This document shows, one piece after another, positions 51,434 through 60,075 of a stretch of DNA of 64,000 bases. Within the stretch, counting starts at the first letter, position 1. Every line of letters begins with the position of its first letter. Source of the DNA: a virus. Below the pieces are notes generated by a model. It was given only the letters and a program-made list of their open reading frames with translations, did not search any database and was not told the origin of the DNA. The position numbers and the translations under genes are program-made. The stretch lies in the IMG/VR virus record IMGVR_UViG_3300045988_080038, positions 16,961 through 80,960 of that record, one strand, 5' to 3'.

Positions 51434-51553
51434 ATGAAATGGTACGTAAATTATTATGACAATGGTGTGAAGAGATCTTGTTGTTTCGAGGATGATGAAA
51501 AACAGGCAAAACACTTTGCTAGCCTAGTAAACGGAACAGCTTATAAAGGATGA
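51434..51553 (+). CDS. Small protein (39 aa)
   Basis: MKWYVNYYDNGVKRSCCFEDDEKQAKHF. GAGAGGAAAAAGG RBS. Within ORF 51353..51553. Confidence 0.35.
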   Translation: MKWYVNYYDNGVKRSCCFEDDEKQAKHFASLVNGTAYKG

Positions 51554-51633
51554 TAGCCGAAACGGTCAGAAATGACCGTCCACCGGGAACGCCCCACCGG
51601 TGCTGATGATGGCAGGGCAGAAAGGAAAACAAA

Positions 51634-51771
51634 ATGAAAAAAGAAGAAAGAACAATCTTAGAAACAATTGTATTTGCATATCTGGTCGGAGAGTGTGAGT
51701 GGTCACCGATCAGCGCAAGAAAAAAAGTCGAGTCAATGACATACGAAGAACTTGACGAATTTGTAAATTAA
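51634..51771 (+). CDS. Small protein (45 aa)
   Basis: MKKEERTILETIVFAYLVGECEWSPISARKKVESMTYEELDEFVN. Not in the ORF track. Confidence 0.35.
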   Translation: MKKEERTILETIVFAYLVGECEWSPISARKKVESMTYEELDEFVN

Positions 51772-51849
51772 ATCTCTCCGGCGGCGGTCAAGCCGTAGCC
51801 CCAACGCAACCGCCGGATTTCAAAAAGAAGAAGAAAAGGAGAAAAAGTT

Positions 51850-52248
51850 ATGACTTATGGCATGATATTAACACCAGAACAGGAACAGAGAAGGAAAGAC
51901 AGCAAACAGGCGCTTGAAAGCCTGAAATATAACCCGATGTGCTACGGCTGTAAAAAGCTGTGTGCAGAATGTGGCGGAACTATTGAAAAATTGTGGGACG
52001 GCTGCATCTGGTACGAGAAAAACGATTTTTCGAGCGTTTACGCACTGGCAATATATGCCCCAGAACTGATTAAAAATGAAGATTGGTTCTCATTTGATGA
52101 GTTCCTGGACGATCTCAGAAACGACCGTGCCGAAGTCGTTAAGCACTTGAAATGGCGCGCAGCTGGCCATCATTTTTTAAACGAAGTGCTGACCGAGAAA
52201 TATATTGTAGCTTGTAAAAAGATCATTGAAATTTTAAAGGAGGTCTAA
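51850..52248 (+). CDS. Hypothetical protein (Cys cluster CYGCKKLCAECGG)
   Basis: ORF track. AAAGGAG RBS. Confidence 0.55.
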   Translation: MTYGMILTPEQEQRRKDSKQALESLKYNPMCYGCKKLCAECGGTIEKLWDGCIWYEKNDFSSVYALAIYAPELIKNEDWFSFDEFLDDLRNDRAEVVKHLKWRAAGHHFLNEVLTEKYIVACKKIIEILKEV

Positions 52249-52253
52249 ATATT

Positions 52254-52424
52254 ATGATGAATTGGGAAGAATTAACAAAGAAATTTGTATCTATTCGCTC
52301 TGCGCTCTATGACATGGGCGAAGAATGGGCAGTTGTTAAGATGTATAAAAAACCTTGGAAATTCTACAAGGAAAACAAAACGAGTGAAATTATCAATATT
52401 TTGATTTCTGAAGCCCGTCAATAA
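52254..52424 (+). CDS. Small protein (56 aa)
   Basis: MMNWEELTKKFVSIRSALYDMGEEWAVVKMYKK.... AAAGGAGG RBS 10 nt upstream. Confidence 0.4.
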   Translation: MMNWEELTKKFVSIRSALYDMGEEWAVVKMYKKPWKFYKENKTSEIINILISEARQ

Positions 52425-52495
52425 TCAGACCGGTGAGCGTACCGGGGAGCATTTCCCCGACGGCTTTTTAAAATAAAAATTAGGAGGAAAATAAA

Positions 52496-52723
52496 ATGAA
52501 AGAATATATTTTAAGTGAATTAGGATTCCGCACAGTTAGTGAGTGCAGAAAAATTACAGATGTAATGGAAGGAAAAACTTTTATGAAATTTCATGTTAGT
52601 TTCTCTAACGTTTGTGGAAACTGTATGATTATAATTTCAACAAATTACGATGCGGAAGAATCTTATATTAAACAGTTTTTTATTTCTGCTCTTGTTAGTA
52701 ACTTACTTATCTCTCAGACGTAA
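52496..52723 (+). CDS. Hypothetical protein
   Basis: ORF track. AGGAGG RBS. Confidence 0.45.
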   Translation: MKEYILSELGFRTVSECRKITDVMEGKTFMKFHVSFSNVCGNCMIIISTNYDAEESYIKQFFISALVSNLLISQT

Positions 52724-52725
52724 TG

Positions 52726-52768
52726 GTTCCGGCCGGGTTCGATTCCCGGCAGCGCCCTTTTATTTTAA
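52726..52768 (+). other. tRNA 3'-end fragment (T arm + acceptor 3' strand) followed by a T-run
   Basis: CCGGG-TTCGATT-CCCGG-CAGCGCC-C-TTTTATTTT. No matching 5' half (GGCGCTG...) lies upstream. Confidence 0.45.
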
Positions 52769-52806
52769 CACCCGGCTCCCATGGGTACAGGGAAGAAAGA
52801 AAAGAC

Positions 52807-53037
52807 ATGAAGAAGAAAAATAGCTATATCGCCGTACAGGTGACGGAGAACGGGAAAAACTATGCTTACGCCGTCAAGGTTTCTGAAAGTGATAACTTGC
52901 TTTCGAAACTGGCGATAAAAGGTATCACAGCGGCGAACCTTTGCGGATCCAGGAAGGAAGCTGAAGAAATTGTTACAGCCTGGAACGAATGTTTCAAAAG
53001 CAATGGTTCTTATATGTTCGGGGAGGTGTTCTGCTAA
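52807..53037 (+). CDS. Hypothetical protein (76 aa)
   Basis: Start MKKKNSYIAVQV within ORF 52723..53037. Confidence 0.45.
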   Translation: MKKKNSYIAVQVTENGKNYAYAVKVSESDNLLSKLAIKGITAANLCGSRKEAEEIVTAWNECFKSNGSYMFGEVFC

Positions 53038-53429
53038 TGAGCGAAAAAATAATTGAAATCAGAAAAGCCACGCAAAAGCAAACCGTCGCCGCTATAAAAA
53101 GCGGCGATTTTTCAGAAGTCGAAAAGATAGAGGATGCAGCACGCCAGGAAGCGGCAAAGGTTTTTCTTGCGGTCGCTTCCGGTTCTGTGCCGTTGATCTG
53201 GTACGACCTTCCGCCAGTGCGGTGCCAGTCTGGGGCACTGTCTGTCATGCGGTACGCCCTGCACCGGTCAACAAAACAAGCCGGTTTTTTACAGCTGTCT
53301 TGCATGGAGCTGAAGGCCGGGCAGATCATCCCGACTTCTGACAGGCAGTATAGCACCACTGACGCCGGTTTTTCGGAGTTCTTCCGCGACTTGCCCCGGT
53401 CAACCGATGTTAATTTTTTAGAGCAGTGA
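53037..53429 (+). CDS. Hypothetical protein (130 aa)
   Basis: Start MSEKIIEIRK with GGGGAGGTG RBS. TAATG overlap with the upstream stop. Confidence 0.5.
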   Translation: MSEKIIEIRKATQKQTVAAIKSGDFSEVEKIEDAARQEAAKVFLAVASGSVPLIWYDLPPVRCQSGALSVMRYALHRSTKQAGFLQLSCMELKAGQIIPTSDRQYSTTDAGFSEFFRDLPRSTDVNFLEQ

Positions 53430-53450
53430 AAACGCTGCTCTTTTTCTGCT
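53421..53450 (+). terminator. Intrinsic terminator
   Basis: GAGCAG-tgaaaacg-CTGCTC followed by TTTTTCT. Confidence 0.55.
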
Positions 53451-53683
53451 GCTCTTCCGGTATCCAGCCCGGCGCCAAGTTCACGGCCTGGGGAGCGGAT
53501 CAGGCTTGCGAAATCTATCTGCAAGCAGTGTGCCTTGACAACTTAACATTTTTGCTTGTCCGGAAACACGGTTATTGATTTGCTTTTTTCGCCGTTTTTC
53601 GTCTTTTTAGCGTCCCTTGATGATTCTACCATTGCCAGATTTACAAGCTGTTTTTGTGCGCTTTCGTCAATCAATACTCACGG

Positions 53684-53750
53684 TTGACGGGGCGCCGGTA
53701 TGGTGGTACTATGATTATATATAGCCGTTTCCGGCTCTTTTTGTCGTGTC
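53684..53750 (+). promoter_or_regulatory. Orphan promoter with promoter-proximal terminator hairpin
   Basis: TTGACG (53684-89), 17 nt, TACTAT (53707-12). The initial transcribed sequence ATTATATATAG is -10-like. Then AGCCG-tttc-CGGCT + CTTTTTG. Confidence 0.4.
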
Positions 53751-54319
53751 TCTGTGCAACTGGCACCGATCCGGGGCACAGTGTCCAAACAGTGGCGAAA
53801 GTATGTTCTGTTTTGGATCCACTGTACAACCGCTCTATTCGGCTTTTTAACGGCCGATTAGATTCCGGTCGAAGAAGTATAGCCTTGTCAGTTCTGCGGG
53901 CGTTGTGGGCGAAATTAGAGTGTCAGTTATTGACGCCTGGGAAATCCCCGGCACCGGTCCGCAGGTGATCCGCAGCCTTTTGCAGAATTGGTCATGCTGG
54001 TTGTGAAACGAACGATATTTCTGGAAGTCCTTGAATATTTGCAATATTCAGACACAGAAAAATGCCGAAAAACGCTCAAAAAAAGAACTGCTGGAAAATA
54101 ATCTTTATTTCTGGATTTCCATTTTGTTTATCTTGCATATATTAATCCATAGCATCTTCCGAGGAGATGTGAAAAATCACGAATCAATTTAATTTATTTA
54201 ATCCATCGGATTTTCTCCTAGCCGTATTCTTCGTCTTGTATGTGGTCCGTTGTTTCCGAACTTTCACCTTCTGTTCCGTCTTATCTTTCTTCCTACGTAC
54301 TTTATTGTGTGCTGATCGT

Positions 54320-54997
54320 TCAGTTGAGAATCCCATACTTTCCCTCCCTATCCTTGATCTTCTGGTTTCTGCTCTTGAAGTTAATGATTTCTATGTTTGT
54401 TTGTAGTTCCTGTGGCATCCGTCCGACAACAATCACCCTCAGTGGCTCCAATCTCCGGACCATCTCTTGAAATCCCTTGCAAAATTCCATCCGTGACGCT
54501 TTCGACTTCACCCGTCCATTGGTGCAGCAGGCAACTGCGCTTCTCTTTGGGATTCCGTCAAAAATCCAATCGTAGCAGTATTCCGGCGGTATGTTCACGT
54601 TTGGAATCACACGAATTCCGTTCATGTGTAGGTAATGCGCTATCGCATGGTTGCGGTACTTCTGCCAGATGTTCATTGCGAACGGCATACCACCTTCTCC
54701 GACCGCCATGCTGAAATCCGGTGCAATCACGCTGTTGAAGCATTTCAGATGCTCGATATATTTATCCGGGCAATTCCAGATTTTCTCAAATTCGTTATCA
54801 TGAATGTAGAAATTGACGGTCAAGTCCCTGTGGTTCTTTATCCGCCGGTCAAAGCTGTCTTTGAAGTCGACAGTATCCGCTCCAGGTCTGCCGGTATACC
54901 GTGGCATCATGGGGAACTGGTATGGTCCGTCCAGCTCTGCTCCCTCGATCATGTACTCTCTCATTACATCATATGCGGTATGATTCATGATTATCAC
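54320..54997 (-). CDS. DUF4417-like protein
   Basis: 225 aa. The pattern ...NFYIHDNEFEKIWNCPDKY...VIAPDFS... is recalled as DUF4417, common in phages. Confidence 0.55.
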   Translation of the reverse strand: MIIMNHTAYDVMREYMIEGAELDGPYQFPMMPRYTGRPGADTVDFKDSFDRRIKNHRDLTVNFYIHDNEFEKIWNCPDKYIEHLKCFNSVIAPDFSMAVGEGGMPFAMNIWQKYRNHAIAHYLHMNGIRVIPNVNIPPEYCYDWIFDGIPKRSAVACCTNGRVKSKASRMEFCKGFQEMVRRLEPLRVIVVGRMPQELQTNIEIINFKSRNQKIKDREGKYGILN

Positions 54998-55002
54998 TCC
55001 CT

Positions 55003-55047
55003 AAAAACACAAAAAGACATCCTGTTCCGGGAATTGGAACCGATGTC
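55003..55047 (-). terminator. Intrinsic terminator after the large serine recombinase
   Basis: Minus strand GACATCGGTTCCaattcccGGAACaGGATGTC followed by TTTTTGTGTTTTT. Confidence 0.5.
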
Positions 55048-55135
55048 GTCATTAGTATGTTTTCATACTATCAGATATTCACTTAAATGTCAAAAAATTA
55101 CATCTCTGCTCTTCCGTTCATCTTTTGTATATTAT

Positions 55136-56860
55136 TTAGATTGCAAATGCGTAAGTGTAGTTAAATTCCTTTTCGCATCCATCCACATAGTTGATTTTCC
55201 TGTAAAATACGGCGTGTCGTTCTGAGAACTTATTTAAAAAAAAGTATTCAGAACAACTCTGTTTATCCCGCTCGATTATTGACTTTTTTTTTACATCTCC
55301 AGTCTTTAAAAAGAACAAAATTTCGCACTCCTGCGGATGCTTTGGATTTATTACTATTTTGTCCAGAAATTCTCCCAGAACCGTTTTGGTAATATCTTCT
55401 GGGCCAACTCCTTGCAAATCATTTAATATCTTTCCGATTTCTTTTAATTTCAAATGGGAATCTTTATTGGCTTCTTCTTTCGATTCCAGTTCGGAAAGTT
55501 TATTGCTTATGTCTTGGATTTCATTCTTGAATTTTTCATTTTTTTCAAGATATTCAGAATTTGTTATAATCCCGTCCAGATTCAGGTCGAGAAGTCTGTC
55601 TTTCTTTTTCTCTATCTGGAGAATCATGTTTTTAAGTCGGCTTATCTCAACTCCATCGTTGCTGAAGTCCATGTTCTTTTCGACCAAACTTATATATTTT
55701 TCAATAGCTGTTTGAATATCTCCCGATTCGTTGATAAGGTCTGCAAGCATTATTCTTAATTCTTTCTCACGTATACCGAAAGAGTTGCAGCTTTGCGCTC
55801 CGTTTTTTATACGATAGCTGCATACCCATCTTGCATCTTCACGCCCTCTTATAGTGTGCTGCTTCATCCAGTACGGTGCTCCATCATTACCGCAAAAGAT
55901 ATACCCGGTAAACAAATTGTTTTGTTTGAAAGACGTTCTGTGGGATTTGATTGCATCGCTCCGTGTTTGCATAATGACATTTGCCTTATTCCATACAGAT
56001 TCATCTACAATCTGCGGAACATGGTTCCCGTCGTCTTTGTACATTGTCCATTCGTCCTCTGGCAAAAACTCTTGCTTTTTAGTGAACATATCGACAACTT
56101 TTACTTTACCACCGCAATAATAACCCTTGTATTTCGGATTCTTGATTATCTTCTTGATATTATCTCGGCTGAGTTTTCCGCCTTTATAATTTCGATATCC
56201 TTTTTTGTACAGGTATTTCTCAATAGTGGATGTAGACCATTCTCCTGTAGAATATTTTTCAAATATCTCTTTTATCATTGGAGCTGTTTTGGGATCAATT
56301 GTAAGTTTTCCGTCTTTTTTGATGTATCCGTATATTCGAGCGCCGAGAACTACGCCATTTTTTATTGACTGTGCATGTCCGAATTTTATTCGATTGGAGA
56401 GTTTTCTTGATTCATCTTGGGCAATTCCGGACATTATGGTAAGTCTTAATTCACTATCTTCGTCAATCGTATTAATGTTGTCATTTTGAAACCATACGCA
56501 TACACCATACATTAGTAATTCCCTTGTGTATCTTATACTGTCTAACGTATTCCTCGCAAATCTGGTAATTTCTTTCGTTACAATCATATCAATCTTCCCA
56601 GTTTTGGCATCTGCCATCATGCGTTGAAATTCGTCTCTTTTCTCAGTTCGTATTCCCGATATTCCATTGTCAATGTACGCGCCAACAAATACCCAGTTTT
56701 TATTTTGTGCAATGAAGTTTCTGTAATATTCATCCTGGTGATGTATAGAAACCTGTTGGTCTTCTGATTCTGTGCTTACTCTTGCGTAAAACGCCACTTT
56801 TAATTTCAGATCGAAAATACTGCAAGTTTTCAGTATTTCTCTAGTGCGATAAACGTTCAT
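55136..56860 (-). CDS. Large serine recombinase
   Basis: 574 aa. VAFYARVSTESEDQ catalytic Ser region, resolvase domain, recombinase domain, Cys cluster and a C-terminal coiled coil. Confidence 0.9.
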   Translation of the reverse strand: MNVYRTREILKTCSIFDLKLKVAFYARVSTESEDQQVSIHHQDEYYRNFIAQNKNWVFVGAYIDNGISGIRTEKRDEFQRMMADAKTGKIDMIVTKEITRFARNTLDSIRYTRELLMYGVCVWFQNDNINTIDEDSELRLTIMSGIAQDESRKLSNRIKFGHAQSIKNGVVLGARIYGYIKKDGKLTIDPKTAPMIKEIFEKYSTGEWSTSTIEKYLYKKGYRNYKGGKLSRDNIKKIIKNPKYKGYYCGGKVKVVDMFTKKQEFLPEDEWTMYKDDGNHVPQIVDESVWNKANVIMQTRSDAIKSHRTSFKQNNLFTGYIFCGNDGAPYWMKQHTIRGREDARWVCSYRIKNGAQSCNSFGIREKELRIMLADLINESGDIQTAIEKYISLVEKNMDFSNDGVEISRLKNMILQIEKKKDRLLDLNLDGIITNSEYLEKNEKFKNEIQDISNKLSELESKEEANKDSHLKLKEIGKILNDLQGVGPEDITKTVLGEFLDKIVINPKHPQECEILFFLKTGDVKKKSIIERDKQSCSEYFFLNKFSERHAVFYRKINYVDGCEKEFNYTYAFAI

Positions 56861-56940
56861 GCCCCGTTCTCCCTTCTAGTTGGAAGAGCAGAGATAAGGT
56901 TATTATAACGTCAATCTCATCTCCGCTCAATAGTTTTGAT

Positions 56941-57048
56941 TTAATTTTCAGAAAGAATCTCCATATCAATTTTTTCTTTCATTTCTCTGCTGATCAGTCC
57001 CTGAAGGTATATGTGTTCGTTCAACGCCAGTAATAACGCTTTGTTCAT
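56941..57048 (-). CDS. Small protein (35 aa)
   Basis: MNKALLLALNEHIYLQGLISREMKEKIDMEILSEN. AAAGGAG RBS. Not in the ORF track. Confidence 0.35.
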   Translation of the reverse strand: MNKALLLALNEHIYLQGLISREMKEKIDMEILSEN

Positions 57049-57151
57049 GTCGCACTCCTTTCTTTGGCGAAAAGGTCCAAAATCCTTTTAAAACATTTTA
57101 GGCATATATTTCTATGTGAACTTATATAAAATGGATTCTAGCGTTTTTTAG

Positions 57152-57403
57152 TCAATCAATTACTTTGTTTTGCAACAAATCAAATATATCTATCTGTCCT
57201 TTGATTTCATCTTCCTTTTCATCTGTGAAAAATTTGCAGGCAATGTAGTTTGGTTTCCAGTCCACATCTCCGTTGTAATTCAGACACCTCGGATGCTTTC
57301 CAGGCCGGTACCGTAAACATTCATCGCATCTGTGATACGGATTTGTTCCGCCGGAATCTTTGTACATTGCGCTTATCTTAATCATATGGGTCACCCTCTT
57401 CAA
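57152..57403 (-). CDS. Hypothetical Cys-containing protein
   Basis: ORF track. Confidence 0.4.
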   Translation of the reverse strand: MKRVTHMIKISAMYKDSGGTNPYHRCDECLRYRPGKHPRCLNYNGDVDWKPNYIACKFFTDEKEDEIKGQIDIFDLLQNKVID

Positions 57404-57908
57404 ACAAACTGTGCTTTCTCAAAATTTCCACTTCGTGTTCGCACAACTTTATCTGGCATTCATTGTACAACTGCCGTGCAAGAGTACCGATAGTCGGTTT
57501 TCCTTCATTTGCCTGATGCACATATTTGTTACTCTTTTCCACTACGTTCATCAGCTGTTCCGGTTCAAAGTCGTATGCTCTATGCAGTGCCAAAAGCAAT
57601 GTTACACTGTTCTCAACATTTGCCCAGTCCTGTCCGTCCGTAAATCCTTGTTCGAAACCGGCGTTGTAGCTTTTCTCTCTTTCTTCTTCCCTTGCGTTTT
57701 CTACAACTTTGTTCAAGGCACTCACAGTTCTACTGATCCCGTCTTCCTTGCCTTTCTGGTACGCTTTTTCAATCTCTTCATTTCTGGCTGCCAAAACTTT
57801 TTCTCTGGACTCGTCAAACATCCGCTGCATTCTTTCAATCTTTGCAGCTGAATAAGGCATAGTTACCGGTTTCCCTGTGAATTTTCTTTTTAACACCACG
57901 CTGTTCAT
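57378..57908 (-). CDS. Hypothetical protein
   Basis: ORF track; 4-nt overlap with the DnaC-like gene. Confidence 0.5.
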   Translation of the reverse strand: MNSVVLKRKFTGKPVTMPYSAAKIERMQRMFDESREKVLAARNEEIEKAYQKGKEDGISRTVSALNKVVENAREEEREKSYNAGFEQGFTDGQDWANVENSVTLLLALHRAYDFEPEQLMNVVEKSNKYVHQANEGKPTIGTLARQLYNECQIKLCEHEVEILRKHSLFEEGDPYD

Positions 57909-58756
57909 TTTCCGCCTCCCATAATCCCTGCTATCATTTGTTGTTTCATCGTTTCTGCTATATGTTCCCGGACAGATTCTTCCGGAAACGGAATCTCAAG
58001 TGACCGCTCCAGAATCCGGTTGGTGATACGTTCATCATAATTTAGTCGAGAAATACAGTAATTACTTGTAAAAATCGTGATTTTTCGGCTTGTATAGCGT
58101 CCGTCGATAATTTCATAATATTTTTCATTTACCCAGTCCTTTTCGGTTTCTGTGCCGAAATCATCAATGATTAGAATATCTGCTCTGGCAAGTTCATCAA
58201 TCAACTGTTCTTCCGTTTTATCCGGACTGTATCTTTTTCCCCATGTGGACTTGATCTCGTCAAGGATTTTCATAGACGTTGAAAATTTTACCTGTTTCTG
58301 ATGTTTTTCAATCAGTTCATTCGCCAGGCTGCATACCATTCGGGTTTTTCCAGAGCCTTTCGTACTAGAATAAAAATATAGCCCAATTCCCTGTTTTTGC
58401 ATATCGCTGATATTTTCCATCCAGTAGTGAACAGCTTTCGCAGCCTGTCTTATTGTTTCCTGGCTCTCCGGCAGCTGGTATACTGCCGACCGGAAGTTAT
58501 TAAACATTGCGTCCTTGTAGATATCTGGAATCTCTGCAAATTTAAGTTGATTTCTATGAATCGTTTTTTTACGGATACCGCAGGAACACTCCTGGCAGTA
58601 CGGAACTCCATATTGATCACGGCTCCATACCCATCCGGAATCATCGCATAAAGGGCAATGTGTCTGAACCTCCGTCATCACCGAGTGTTCCAAACGGGAT
58701 AAGCGGTTCGACTTTTCTTTGAGTTTTTGCACCAGATCCATGTTTCCTGTCCCCAT
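57905..58756 (-). CDS. DnaC/IstB-like AAA+ helicase loader with N-terminal zinc-finger-like Cys cluster
   Basis: Walker A STKGSGKTRM, Walker B ADILIIDDFGTE, HCPLCDDSGW...CQECSCG. GGAGGG RBS. Confidence 0.75.
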   Translation of the reverse strand: MGTGNMDLVQKLKEKSNRLSRLEHSVMTEVQTHCPLCDDSGWVWSRDQYGVPYCQECSCGIRKKTIHRNQLKFAEIPDIYKDAMFNNFRSAVYQLPESQETIRQAAKAVHYWMENISDMQKQGIGLYFYSSTKGSGKTRMVCSLANELIEKHQKQVKFSTSMKILDEIKSTWGKRYSPDKTEEQLIDELARADILIIDDFGTETEKDWVNEKYYEIIDGRYTSRKITIFTSNYCISRLNYDERITNRILERSLEIPFPEESVREHIAETMKQQMIAGIMGGGK

Positions 58757-59540
58757 TGTAGTTACCCTCCAAAACCTTTAAGAAATTATTTGGTTTTACA
58801 AACCAGTCAAAAGTAATCATCCATCCATTTTTGTTTTCGCCTCTCAGGAAATCGCTGTGGCGAATGTTGTCCATAGCCTTTAAGAGATCGTCCATGCCAT
58901 ACTCTCTTATTCGTCCTTTGAGCATCTGGCATCTCTTTGATGCTGGTTTGATATCCCTGATAGGAGCAATGCCAACATCCTGTAATTTGTTCCATTCCTC
59001 AATAACGCGTCGGACATCTGTCTGACGAATAGTATCTTTAGATACTATTAAATTATTATCTTTTTCTTTATCTAATTCTTCTTTCTTATTCTTTATCTTA
59101 TTCTGTTGCGTGACGTCACGTGAACTGTCACGTGACATATCTTGTTCAATTGCAAGTTTCTGCCGTTCTCTCTGTTTCTGTTTCCTAATTCTATTCTGTT
59201 CTCTGATCTTGTCCATGCCTTCGATATTCTGATGTTCTTCCCATCCTGGAATTGCAAGCATATTTCCATCTCTGGTAATCATTCCAAAATTTTCCAAAGC
59301 AGTCAATGCAAGTTGTATTACACTTTCATCAAAGCCAAGTTCATCTGCCAGCAGCTTTTCATTATATGGAATGTTTTCTGTCAGAAAGATAAGCCCATTA
59401 GCATTGCATCTTCCGGCCATTGTCAGAAGCATAACCCAAATAAGAACTATGTTGTTTCCTTCTGGAAGTTTTCTGATATGACCGATTTTAACATTATTAA
59501 ACATCTCTGTTTCAATTTTGATCCAGCTTACTTTAGCCAT
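58641..59540 (-). CDS. Phage replisome organizer (N-terminal rep_org domain + Phg_2220_C-like C-terminus)
   Basis: MAKVSWIKIETEMFNNVKIGHIRKLPEGNNIVLIWVMLL. C-terminal WNKLQDVGIAPIR...HSDFLRGENKNGWMITFDWF. Confidence 0.75.
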   Translation of the reverse strand: MAKVSWIKIETEMFNNVKIGHIRKLPEGNNIVLIWVMLLTMAGRCNANGLIFLTENIPYNEKLLADELGFDESVIQLALTALENFGMITRDGNMLAIPGWEEHQNIEGMDKIREQNRIRKQKQRERQKLAIEQDMSRDSSRDVTQQNKIKNKKEELDKEKDNNLIVSKDTIRQTDVRRVIEEWNKLQDVGIAPIRDIKPASKRCQMLKGRIREYGMDDLLKAMDNIRHSDFLRGENKNGWMITFDWFVKPNNFLKVLEGNYNGDRKHGSGAKTQRKVEPLIPFGTLGDDGGSDTLPFMR

Positions 59541-60069
59541 TAATATAATTTCCGCCTCCATGTACCATCTTATGACACCTCTTGCATAAACAAATTCCGT
59601 TGCTTACATCATGAGCAATATTTTCATTATCATAGCAGTCTCTGAATCTTATTTTATGGTGAGCTATGTTTGATTTTGGCCTTCCGCACATCTGGCAAAT
59701 ATATTTATCACGTTCTAAGACTTTTTTTCGCCATTCTCTATATTCTTTCGTATGTCTTTCTCTTTCTCGTTCTCCATATCCTGTGGTTTCTTTAAACAGA
59801 GGCAATTTATATATACCATTTGTCGTTTTTTTCAAATACCCATTTTCAATCAACTCAAATATATCCTTTTCAGTTATATTTATAATTTGAAAAATCCGTT
59901 TCCAATTTCTTAAATATCCGTCATTGTCTGATCGCATACACAAATGAAAATATGCACATTGCGCACCGGCTGACATACTTAAAAATGCGTCACTGTCAAC
60001 AATTTTCATTGTAAACATTCGTTTCTGTGTCAATTCTAAAATTCCTTTCTCCAATTCCTGGTTTTTCAA
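59533..60069 (-). CDS. HNH endonuclease domain protein
   Basis: CQMCGRPKSNIAHHKIRF...NGICLCKRCHKMVH. Confidence 0.7.
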   Translation of the reverse strand: MKNQELEKGILELTQKRMFTMKIVDSDAFLSMSAGAQCAYFHLCMRSDNDGYLRNWKRIFQIINITEKDIFELIENGYLKKTTNGIYKLPLFKETTGYGERERERHTKEYREWRKKVLERDKYICQMCGRPKSNIAHHKIRFRDCYDNENIAHDVSNGICLCKRCHKMVHGGGNYING

Positions 60070-60075
60070 AAGTAT

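Noticed and set aside
52994-53524. 176-aa minus-strand ORF
   Set aside because: It is antisense to 53037..53429, which has a strong RBS and a more protein-like sequence. The product would be Arg/Ser/Cys-rich.
53711-53968. Leaderless ORF of about 85 aa starting inside the -10 box of the orphan promoter
   Set aside because: It has no RBS and is Cys/Arg-rich. The region has extensive RNA-type pairing. It is treated as non-coding, though a micro-protein cannot be excluded.
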